The translations under genes were made by a program, and so were the position numbers. This document shows, one piece after another, positions 40,442-49,299 of a stretch of DNA of 64,000 nt; the stretch's first letter is position 1, and every line of letters starts with the position of its first letter. Below the pieces are notes generated by a model, which was not told the origin of the DNA, made no database searches, and saw only the letters and a list, made by a program, of their open reading frames with translations. Source of the stretch: Candidatus Babeliales bacterium (GTDB lineage: Bacteria; Babelota; Babeliae; Babelales; JBFXEV01); NCBI GenBank assembly GCA_050179755.1, contig JBFXEV010000001.1, forward strand, positions 553,994 through 617,993, written 5' to 3'.

Positions 40442-41148
40442 TCAATTTTTGGTCTATTTTGATTGAGATTTGCGTTTATATGTTCTTTGTGATTAGGTAT
40501 GGTTTCGGGTGATAGTAGGGCAATTATGCGAGCGTGTTTTTTCTTAGATATACAATGTGATGTTGAAGCTTGTACTGCATGATCAATTGGACGGGCTTTG
40601 GACCATTCGTTTATTTTGCCACGACATTCTAGCACTTCTTTCGTAAGCACATCTGTTATGAATGCTAGGTGCTTTTCCACAATATCTTCGGGGGGTGTTT
40701 TTGGTAAAGACCGTATCAATGATTGTGGGATGGTCCAGAGCATTCGTTCGACCGCTCCTACATTGTTTTTACTTGCTGCATATTGCAGAGGCGTACCATG
40801 AAACACCAATTGAAGATGCTTTTTGCCCTTATGCATTGAAAATGATGCATCAATTTTAGCCCCCCGTGCTACAAGCTCAGAAATTAAATTTAGTCTATTC
40901 CAGGTAACAGCAGTAACAAGAGGTTGCACGAGTGTTTTTGGATCAAAGCCATCAACTTCTGCTCCTTCATCTATCAGTGTGAGTGCTCGTACAGTATTGC
41001 CATTTCGTATGGACTTTGCAAGTCGTTTGTTAAGTAGCGTTTGCCTTTGCTCTTTTGGTAATAATTGTAGAGGAATGCCATAATACATTGCATTAACGCG
41101 ACATCCACATATGAAGAATAGACTTATTAAAATATATTTGATATTCAT
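40438..41148 (-). CDS. Secreted ankyrin-repeat protein
   Basis: LIDEGAEVD, LVARGAKID, GTPLQYAA; signal peptide. Confidence 0.8.
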   Translation of the reverse strand: MNIKYILISLFFICGCRVNAMYYGIPLQLLPKEQRQTLLNKRLAKSIRNGNTVRALTLIDEGAEVDGFDPKTLVQPLVTAVTWNRLNLISELVARGAKIDASFSMHKGKKHLQLVFHGTPLQYAASKNNVGAVERMLWTIPQSLIRSLPKTPPEDIVEKHLAFITDVLTKEVLECRGKINEWSKARPIDHAVQASTSHCISKKKHARIIALLSPETIPNHKEHINANLNQNRPKIE

Positions 41149-41176
41149 TTTTGTATTCCCTTGTTACACTTACAAT

Positions 41177-43141
41177 ATGTTTGCAAAAATACGATTATTA
41201 AACGGTTTTCAAGAGCCATTATGGTATACCGTTCCAGAAACTCTTGCTTCAAGGTGTCTTGTGGGGTCACTTGTTGCAGCTCCACTTCAAGGGCGCACTG
41301 TCACGGGCGTGGTGGATGGTCTTTCTCACGCAGCTCCCAATGTGCCCTTTAAACTTAAGCCGATCATTGATCTGGAGCCGTTTCCTATTGACATTCAGTA
41401 TATCAGGTTTATGAAACAATTGGCATATTATTATCAACTTGATTATATGCTGTTGATCAAGCGCGTGCGCTCTTTTATACAGCAACGTGACGTTAAAACG
41501 AGAGTGCCACACAGCAACGATCGAGCGGGGCACGGGCATAAAGTTGTTAGCTTAACTGCCGAACAACAGGTTGTGTGCGATTTCTTAACGCCTGAAATTA
41601 CTCAAAAAAAGTATGCGCCAACGCTTTTGCATGGCGTAACAGGATCGGGAAAAACAGAAGTTTATAAACGGCTTATAGAGCATACAATAGCGCAAGGCGA
41701 TTCAGTTATGCTTTTGCTGCCCGAAGTATCTTTGGCAGTGCAATTTGCGCGGTTGCTGCGCGCGCAGTTACCTAAAGAGATTAAGCTGTATAGTTTTCAT
41801 TCAGCGTCAGGAAGTGCGGAAAAACGGGCACTTTGGCGCAGTTTGGTTCGAGGCGAGCCGGTTCTTATTCTTGGTGTACATTTGCCCGTTTTATTACCGA
41901 TTGCAAATTTAGGCCTTATTATTGTTGATGAAGAGCATGAGGTTGGTTATCAAGAAAAAAAGCATCCCAAAATCAATTCCAAAGAAGCTGCCATCTGGCG
42001 TGCTCATATGAATAACATTCCTATTCTTTTAGGTTCTGCAACACCTTCACTTTCATCGCTTGATAATGTAAAAACCAAGGGCTGGCATTTTTTTGAGCTT
42101 AAAAAACGGTTTGCGGGAATATTTCCTACGGTTAAAACGGTGAGTTTAAAAGACGCTAAAAATAGGCGTAATTTCTGGGTGACCACCGAACTTGAGCGCG
42201 CAATTAAAGCGCGTTTAGAACGAGGTGAGCAAACTATTATTTTCTTGAATCGTCGCGGATATAGCTTTTTTGTGCAGTGCAAAGCATGCAGTTTTATTTT
42301 TATGTGTAATAATTGTTCGGTCAGTTTAACATTGCATGAAGATGGCAGGCTCAGTTGCCATTATTGTGCATTACGCCAAGAATTATTGCCTGAATGCCCA
42401 GGTTGCAAAGCAAGTGCCAAAAATTATCTTAAAAAAGGTGTGGGTACGCAGCAAGTGGTATCTATTTTGGAAACTCTCTTTCCTAGCGCCCGCATTGCTC
42501 GTGCGGATATGGATACCACCGTGAATAAAAAGCAGTGGCAAGCAACGCTTGAACAGTTTGAGCATGGTGTGATTGATATTCTGGTTGGCACGCAAACGAT
42601 CACCAAAGGGTATCATTTTCCTAATGTAACGCTTGTTGGTATTTTGTGGGCGGATCTTAATTTACATTTTCCCATGTATAATGCCGCAGAAACTTGTTTG
42701 CAGCAACTTATTCAAGTGGCAGGCCGTGCAGGCCGAACGGGCAAGCCAAGCCAAGTGATTGTGCAAACGATGGTTGAGCATTCGATATTTAATTATCTTA
42801 ATGAAATTGATTACGTTAAGTTTTATGGCAGTCAAATGGAAAAGCGGCAAGAGAGTGGGTATCCCCCTGCAATGCGTCTTGCAGAGATTGAGCTGAAGTT
42901 TACTGATGAAGGTATTATTGAACAAGAGGCTCAGCAACTTGCAAAAGAATTACGTGCTGTCTGCGGTGAAGTCCTTGTGCTTGGCCCTGCTCGTCCGCCG
43001 GTACATAAAGTGAAGCACATTCACATGCGCAAGATTTACTTAAAATGTAGTTCTGTGTATCCCATGATGGCGCTATTTGGTAAGATTAAACGCAAGAGTT
43101 ATCAAAGTGCGATTTACTTTACGCCAAATCCATTATCTTAA
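41177..43141 (+). CDS. priA: Primosomal protein N' (replication restart helicase)
   Basis: GVTGSGKT, DEEH, GSATPS, NRRGY, CxxC zinc motifs, QVAGRAGR. Confidence 0.96.
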   Translation: MFAKIRLLNGFQEPLWYTVPETLASRCLVGSLVAAPLQGRTVTGVVDGLSHAAPNVPFKLKPIIDLEPFPIDIQYIRFMKQLAYYYQLDYMLLIKRVRSFIQQRDVKTRVPHSNDRAGHGHKVVSLTAEQQVVCDFLTPEITQKKYAPTLLHGVTGSGKTEVYKRLIEHTIAQGDSVMLLLPEVSLAVQFARLLRAQLPKEIKLYSFHSASGSAEKRALWRSLVRGEPVLILGVHLPVLLPIANLGLIIVDEEHEVGYQEKKHPKINSKEAAIWRAHMNNIPILLGSATPSLSSLDNVKTKGWHFFELKKRFAGIFPTVKTVSLKDAKNRRNFWVTTELERAIKARLERGEQTIIFLNRRGYSFFVQCKACSFIFMCNNCSVSLTLHEDGRLSCHYCALRQELLPECPGCKASAKNYLKKGVGTQQVVSILETLFPSARIARADMDTTVNKKQWQATLEQFEHGVIDILVGTQTITKGYHFPNVTLVGILWADLNLHFPMYNAAETCLQQLIQVAGRAGRTGKPSQVIVQTMVEHSIFNYLNEIDYVKFYGSQMEKRQESGYPPAMRLAEIELKFTDEGIIEQEAQQLAKELRAVCGEVLVLGPARPPVHKVKHIHMRKIYLKCSSVYPMMALFGKIKRKSYQSAIYFTPNPLS

Positions 43142-43148
43142 ACTTAAA

Positions 43149-44336
43149 TCATGAAATAATGAGAGATGTTAATTTGGGTAGTGATTGCCAGTCAACAAAT
43201 AAACCTGCAGATCGTTGTTGGTATTGTGTGCCGCCATACACAATTATATTATCTTTTGGGTTTGTGGCTGAAAGTTCATTCCAATAAGTCAATTCTTGGG
43301 TAAATCCTTGATTAATTGTCTTACCAGCTTTGATTTCGATTGGAATTAGCGTGGTTCCTTTTTCAATAATACAATCAATTTCATGTCCGCTCTGGTCTCG
43401 CCAGAAGTACATACGCGGGCGTCGATTGCTGTTATAATTTTGTTTGATGAGCTCAGAGATTACAAAAGATTCAAAGATACCTCCTTTAAGGTAGTGATTT
43501 GCAAGTTGATCTGAGGAGGTAATACCAAGCAATGAACAAGCAAGCCCTGTATCATAAAAATATAATTTTGAAGATTTTATAAGGCGTTTACTAAAGTTAT
43601 TGTGATAAGGTTGTACTTCAAAGCAAATATAACTTTGCTCTAAAATGGAAATCCATGCTTTAACTGTGGGCATAGTAACACCACAATCATTAGCAATTGC
43701 CGAATAATTAAGAATTTGACCTACTCTGCCAGCGCAAAGCCCCATAAATTTTTGAAACAAGCTTAAATCGGTGACATTTTTAATTAAACGTACGTCGCGT
43801 TCAATATAGGTATTTATATAATTGGGATACCAATCGAGCGGATCAAGCTTATCAGCCCAAATACGTGGATAACAGCCTTTAAAAAGCATTTCTTCAAGAG
43901 ATTCAGGCACCAGGTGAGCACCCGCTAATTCTTCCAGAGAGAAGGGAAGGAGTGTAAAAATTGAAACACGGCCAGCAAGTGATTGTGAAACCGCTTCGTT
44001 AAGTAAAATATTTTGAGAGCCAGTGATAACGTAATAACCTTTTTTCCCCGTTAAGTCTACGTCAGTTTGAATATAGCTTAAGAGATCTGGAGCATATTGC
44101 ACTTCATCGATGATGATTCCATTTGGGTTGCGGTGATGATCTAAAAAACCACGAGGGTCTTCTTTGGCAAATGCGCGATTATCAGGATTTTCAAGGGATA
44201 CATATCTATAGTCAGGAAACGCTGCGCGGGAAAGAGTGGTTTTGCCAGATTGTCGGGGACCCAGAATTTCTATTACGGGATATCCAGTTGCGGCTTTGAG
44301 TAAATAAGGTGTAAGGCTTCGCGGTATTATCTTCAT
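43149..44336 (-). CDS. AAA+ ATPase (AAA_14 + DUF4143 type)
   Basis: GPRQSGKTTL, IIDEVQ, TGSQN, SLAGR, YIERDV, KLYFYDTGL, FWRD...EID...EIK. Confidence 0.9.
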   Translation of the reverse strand: MKIIPRSLTPYLLKAATGYPVIEILGPRQSGKTTLSRAAFPDYRYVSLENPDNRAFAKEDPRGFLDHHRNPNGIIIDEVQYAPDLLSYIQTDVDLTGKKGYYVITGSQNILLNEAVSQSLAGRVSIFTLLPFSLEELAGAHLVPESLEEMLFKGCYPRIWADKLDPLDWYPNYINTYIERDVRLIKNVTDLSLFQKFMGLCAGRVGQILNYSAIANDCGVTMPTVKAWISILEQSYICFEVQPYHNNFSKRLIKSSKLYFYDTGLACSLLGITSSDQLANHYLKGGIFESFVISELIKQNYNSNRRPRMYFWRDQSGHEIDCIIEKGTTLIPIEIKAGKTINQGFTQELTYWNELSATNPKDNIIVYGGTQYQQRSAGLFVDWQSLPKLTSLIIS

Positions 44337-44528
44337 GATTTTAGTATACCACTGTCATTTTGAATTTATCAAGGGTTTTCGTGATTTTGTTTGACCGATT
44401 CAAAATCATATTTTGAATTTGCATAGAACAAACCTGGGTACATCGTTTTTTCAGGGATATATTAAAAATGGCATTCTAGAGCCGTAAATAAGTGCCGCAC
44501 TTTTTGGTGGCGGTTCTAATCTATTTTT

Positions 44529-46019
44529 TTATAAAATTTTTTGTAATTGTTGTAACGCAGTCATAAGATCTGCGACTGCACCCTCTAAAGCCGTTAGAGT
44601 TTGTGGTGGTGTTGGGCTTTTATGACTCATTGGTTGTGGTATTACTAGAGGTGCTGGACTTTCAGGCCTTTCTTGTTGCAATCTAGGTTGTCCCTGCGTT
44701 TGGCCTAATTGTTGTTCTTTCTTGTATAAAGCATTTTCAATTTCAATCAAAGGCAGCTGTTGTTCAAGCGGTAGCGCCACCTTAATTGCTTGTGCCAATT
44801 CTCGAGGAGTTTTATCTGGTGGAGGCACCTGCCCACTTTTTACTTGTGCAATGGTGCGAGGCTGTGTGTATGATCTAATTAATGGATTTGCGCCCTGAGT
44901 AAGTAATAATTTAACTAATTGAGGATTTTGTTGCGCAACCGCTGCATGAAGTGCCGTGAACCCATCTCTGTTTTGTATATTTGGATTTGTTGCAGGGCTT
45001 GTCGTTAGGAGCTCAATTAATGGATTTAGTACATTGTAAATCTCAGGTTCTTTAGTTGCTGATAAAAGTATTAAATGATACAGTGCCGTATTTCCGAAGT
45101 CATCTTGTATATTTTTGTTTTTTGCATGATTCAAAAGACTAAATAGTGCTTGCGCGGCACGCTGAATAATAGTCAATTTTTCATCAAGTATTGCGCGCGC
45201 TTTTTTAGCTTGTGTATATTCTTTAATTAACTCATTTAATGTTTCCAGCATTTTGTGAATTGGCGTATCTCCGTTGTTATTTTGAATATCGGGGCTTGCA
45301 CCATATTCAAGTAACTTATTTATTGTTAAAGGGTTGCCAGTAAAAAACATAGCGGCAGCGTGTAAAGGTGTATTGCCTGCTGCCGTTTGTAAGTTAGGAA
45401 GAGCCCCATGCGTCAGCAATTGATTCAGTAAAGCTGGATACACAAGAGATTCTGCTGCTGCAACATGAAGAGACGTTAATCCGAGATTATTTGGCGTGTT
45501 AGGATCAATTTGTTTCAAAAATTCAATTACGAGTGAACTTTCTTGCACATCTACTGCTCTATGCAGGAGCGTATCACCATTTTGAAAGCGTTGGTGTATA
45601 TCTTTTTGAGCTATAAAACGCAGTATTTGTTGGTATCTGGTGGTAAGCGTATTTTTTCTTTTTTGGTCTTTTTCTTTATCAATAAGTACTTTTAAAATTG
45701 CAAGAAAATCTTGGCCATTATTATTTAATTTAGTAATGTCGGCACCCATGCGCAATAATAAATTGATAGCTTCAGAATTTTCAAGAAAAGTAGCATAATG
45801 CAATCTTGTATTACCCAAGTTATCAGTAGCATTGATATCTTCGCTTTTGGTTATTATATTAACTTTTTCAGCAAGCCATGAAAAACTTGCATTTTTTGCT
45901 TTTTCTTGTGCAAGAAGCTCTAGATTTTGATCAAGGACCTCGAGAGCAATTGACTTGGTACACAGTATTTTTGCGTTAAGGAGTGTGCAGATTATCATGA
46001 GCACAAGTATTTTTCTCAT
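44529..46019 (-). CDS. Secreted ankyrin-repeat protein
   Basis: Repeated GNT.LH, GDT.LH, GFTALHAA motifs; Pro/Gln-rich C-terminus. Confidence 0.9.
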   Translation of the reverse strand: MRKILVLMIICTLLNAKILCTKSIALEVLDQNLELLAQEKAKNASFSWLAEKVNIITKSEDINATDNLGNTRLHYATFLENSEAINLLLRMGADITKLNNNGQDFLAILKVLIDKEKDQKRKNTLTTRYQQILRFIAQKDIHQRFQNGDTLLHRAVDVQESSLVIEFLKQIDPNTPNNLGLTSLHVAAAESLVYPALLNQLLTHGALPNLQTAAGNTPLHAAAMFFTGNPLTINKLLEYGASPDIQNNNGDTPIHKMLETLNELIKEYTQAKKARAILDEKLTIIQRAAQALFSLLNHAKNKNIQDDFGNTALYHLILLSATKEPEIYNVLNPLIELLTTSPATNPNIQNRDGFTALHAAVAQQNPQLVKLLLTQGANPLIRSYTQPRTIAQVKSGQVPPPDKTPRELAQAIKVALPLEQQLPLIEIENALYKKEQQLGQTQGQPRLQQERPESPAPLVIPQPMSHKSPTPPQTLTALEGAVADLMTALQQLQKIL

Positions 46020-46050
46020 GGGATCTCTTATATTCTATATAATTTAATTG

Positions 46051-46686
46051 TTATGAGCCGCAACTTGGGTGTTTGTAACGAATGGTAGGATGAGTAATAG
46101 GTTCTTGTGCTGCAAATAAATGTTTATATTTTTTTGCAGCATAATCACGTGGCTTATTCCCGTGCATATCTTCTAATTCAAAATCAGGGTTATAGGGTGC
46201 GATAAAATCAAAAATGGCAATCAATGTTGTTTCATCAAAATGTTTTTCGCTTTGTTGTGCTAGTAAGTGAAGTGGTGATTGGCGTTCACTATCAAGTTCG
46301 TTTATTTTTGCTCCAGCTTCTAGCAATGCTATATAGATAAGTGGATTTGCTTGAACATCTTGTGTTGCAAGTCGTAGTAATGTTTGTCTGGTGTAAGCAT
46401 CTTGTTCTTGAAGCATAGTATAAGCTTCGTGAGACTTGGGATCTGCATTTAATTTATGATAGCATGTATGTTGTGCCCATTTTGGATGTGGTATGCGCGG
46501 CGCAGTACTTAGTGAGCGCATATGCAGCGTTGAAACAAGATTTGAATGAGGAGTTGCTGTTGAACTGTGGCGCGCAAGTGGTTGTGGTCTTAGTAAAGCG
46601 CTGATTCCTGCAAAGCGGCGCATTGCACATATGTTTGTAACGCTCGTGAATAATAATAGCATAATAATAATACGTAGATTCTTCAT
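46051..46686 (-). CDS. Secreted ankyrin-repeat protein with a basic N-terminal segment
   Basis: GGAGAGG RBS; LLEAGAKIN...SPLHLLA, D.HGNKP.DYA. Confidence 0.8.
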   Translation of the reverse strand: MKNLRIIIMLLLFTSVTNICAMRRFAGISALLRPQPLARHSSTATPHSNLVSTLHMRSLSTAPRIPHPKWAQHTCYHKLNADPKSHEAYTMLQEQDAYTRQTLLRLATQDVQANPLIYIALLEAGAKINELDSERQSPLHLLAQQSEKHFDETTLIAIFDFIAPYNPDFELEDMHGNKPRDYAAKKYKHLFAAQEPITHPTIRYKHPSCGS

Positions 46687-46761
46687 AACCTCTCCCATTT
46701 TGACAAAAAATAACCTTACATAGTTTAAGTGTAATTTTTTGGAGGCGAAATTATCAAGGGT

Positions 46762-47316
46762 TTATATAAAAAAGTGTTTTCTGAGCTGTTTAAGTAGCTC
46801 AATGGATTCACGAATGTCATCAAGTGCTCTATGTGCATCTTTTTTGGTTGTGTTTGCATCGGGGTCATTTGGGTACCAACGAGTAATAAGTTCTTTTACC
46901 GAGGATACGTCAATTTGTTTGTAATAAAGGTATTCAACGATACCTGGCATATATTTACTTAAGAAAATGCGATCTTGCCAAATAGAGCTTCCGGCAAGTA
47001 TGCCAGTATTGCGTGGACAATATAGTTGTATAAACATGAGCGTTTGCTCGGCTGCATCTTCTACCGTAGTGGTAGAATCTTGCGATGCTCTAATAAGCCC
47101 AGTTTTGCCATGTTGCTCCAAGCACCAAGGACTCATATTCATAAGGATGTTGTCTGGTTGATGAATTACCAAATTGGGGCCTTCATCAAGTATATTTAGC
47201 TGATCGTCAGTAATAATGGTGGCAATTTCAAGAATATGCTCTGTTTCAATATTGAGACCTGTCATTTCTAGGTCAATCCAGACAAAGTTTCCTCTTGGAT
47301 ATTCTTTTTTTTGCAT
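46762..47316 (-). CDS. orn: Oligoribonuclease
   Basis: WIDLEMTGL, ILEIATIITD, HGKTGL, DVSSVKEL, HRALDDIRESI. Confidence 0.96.
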   Translation of the reverse strand: MQKKEYPRGNFVWIDLEMTGLNIETEHILEIATIITDDQLNILDEGPNLVIHQPDNILMNMSPWCLEQHGKTGLIRASQDSTTTVEDAAEQTLMFIQLYCPRNTGILAGSSIWQDRIFLSKYMPGIVEYLYYKQIDVSSVKELITRWYPNDPDANTTKKDAHRALDDIRESIELLKQLRKHFFI

Positions 47317-47368
47317 CGTAGCTCTTTTCATGGTAAAGGCAAATTGGCATCTATAGTACAAGAATTGT

Positions 47369-49174
47369 TTACTTTTTCAATAATTTTCTTTCATTATCTT
47401 TTTTTAATAAATCTAAAATGGTTTCTATAGTACGGTTTTTTTCACGAGCTTGTGCAAGTCTTAGTTGGTGCGTATTGAAAACGGCATCGCTTGTAGTTGT
47501 TACTCCAGGCATAGGTAGCATTTCTTCAGCTAAATCTAATGGGGTTTTTCCTTTTGCAAGCACGGGTGCATTTTTATATGTTGGTCTATGCTCCAAAGAC
47601 GTATCTGTTGCATTATTAAACACTGATGCAGTACGTGCAAGGAGTACTTTAACCCATTCAAGTTGTTGTAAGCCTACCGCCAGATGCAGAGCACCAAAAC
47701 CTTCTTTGGTTCTTCTATTAGGATTCGCGTCATGATAAAAAAATATTAAAATCGCTATCTTGCGTTTGGCATCGGTACATGTAGATAAGAGTAACTCATA
47801 AAAAGGAGTCACCCCAAGCCTGTTTTGTATATTTGGATCTGCTCCAGCACTAAGCATGTGTTGGACTGCCTCCGAATTTGATTCCTCATATGTTTTTAAA
47901 AGAAAGTGAAAAGAAGTTTCACCTAGCCAATTTTGAGTATTAGGATTTGCTCTATGTTTGAGCAAAGTGAGTAGTAATTTATGGCGGAAGAAACAGAATG
48001 ATTCAAGTTCTGCATGCGGTCTAAACACATAATGTAAAGCAGTTTCTCCGCTCCCATTTTGACTATCTATCGGTACGCCATGTTCTATCAAAAGATCTAT
48101 TAGTTTAGGGCGCGTTTCTTGAAACACTCTATCAGAACTGTGATGTTTTATTGCGTAATGCAAAGCATTTTCTTTTTCTTTATTGCCAAGTAATGGATTG
48201 GCGCCCTGCTTGAGAAATAAAGTAACTTGCTTTAATAATTGGGATGCATCAAATTCATTTATTGGGGTACTTGCAAGTAATAAATGGAGCGGTGTTTCGC
48301 CATTGATATCTTGCGCATTCACCGTAGAGGTTGCCATTGGGTGTTTGAGCAATAATTCTGTGCTGCTGTAATCTCTAATTTGTACCGCATAATGTAATCG
48401 TGTTTTGCCCGTTTGCTTGTCTTGTGCAGTTATTGTTTTATTTTCGCAAAGTTGTTTGATCGCACCTTCAAAAACAGTGTGACTAGCAGCAAGTAATAAT
48501 TTTTTATCAATAATCGCAAGAGCTGGATTGTCCAGCGCCCTACAAAGCATAACATTGTATGGCAATCTTTGGGCATAATCGAGTGTAGTTTGTCCGGCAG
48601 TAGTTTCAATCATTGGATTTGCGTTATAGGTAAGGAGTAGCGTGGCAACCTTAAATTGTTGAGAAGCTTCAAATTCATTTGACGTGGTAAAGCTTACGGC
48701 AAAATGCAGTGCTGTTTCTCCAGTTCCATCTGCAATATCAATTAATCCAGGTGATTCTTGTAATAACTGTTCTATGCAGGTAGTTTCTTGTAGCCATGTT
48801 GCCAAATGGAGACGAGTTCTTCCATGTGGGTCTTGTGCATTTATTGATGTAGTTTGTATCAGATCTGCAACTGCTTGTTGCACGTTACTATCAGCAGCTG
48901 CACGCAGTAATCGAGCGTCAATTTGCGCAAGCATGCTCAATGGTTCCTGTACATCCATCCGCCGTTGCTCCTCCGGAGCTCCCGCTACGCCTAAGCTATA
49001 GCGTGGCCAGATGGCGTGATTGGTATCACGTTCTTCGGCAAGTTCCCAGCCTTCGCGTGAAGCTACGGCGGGCACGGCAGGATGAGCGGACCTTGGCCAA
49101 GTCGGATCCATTGCATATATGTTGTGCGCAAATTGCAGTGATATGCATAAGAAAAAAATATTTTTTAACTTCAT
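47369..49174 (-). CDS. Secreted ankyrin-repeat protein
   Basis: Many GETALH/GETPLH/GADPN repeats; signal peptide. Confidence 0.92.
   Translation of the reverse strand: MKLKNIFFLCISLQFAHNIYAMDPTWPRSAHPAVPAVASREGWELAEERDTNHAIWPRYSLGVAGAPEEQRRMDVQEPLSMLAQIDARLLRAAADSNVQQAVADLIQTTSINAQDPHGRTRLHLATWLQETTCIEQLLQESPGLIDIADGTGETALHFAVSFTTSNEFEASQQFKVATLLLTYNANPMIETTAGQTTLDYAQRLPYNVMLCRALDNPALAIIDKKLLLAASHTVFEGAIKQLCENKTITAQDKQTGKTRLHYAVQIRDYSSTELLLKHPMATSTVNAQDINGETPLHLLLASTPINEFDASQLLKQVTLFLKQGANPLLGNKEKENALHYAIKHHSSDRVFQETRPKLIDLLIEHGVPIDSQNGSGETALHYVFRPHAELESFCFFRHKLLLTLLKHRANPNTQNWLGETSFHFLLKTYEESNSEAVQHMLSAGADPNIQNRLGVTPFYELLLSTCTDAKRKIAILIFFYHDANPNRRTKEGFGALHLAVGLQQLEWVKVLLARTASVFNNATDTSLEHRPTYKNAPVLAKGKTPLDLAEEMLPMPGVTTTSDAVFNTHQLRLAQAREKNRTIETILDLLKKDNERKLLKK
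48981..49089. repeat. Two REP-like palindromes in-frame within the ankyrin CDS
   Basis: CCCGCTACGCCTAAGCTATAGCGTGG (48981) and CCCAGCCTTCGCGTGAAGCTACGGCGGGCACGGCAGGATGAGCGG (49045-49089). Confidence 0.6.
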
Positions 49175-49299
49175 AATATTCCTTTTATGCTAAGTATATC
49201 TCATGCTTAATGTCAGTCTACTTGAAAATAAATAAAAAATGTAAGCGTTTTAATTGCATTGTGGTATAATAATGCCACTTATTTTAGAGAGGAAAATCT

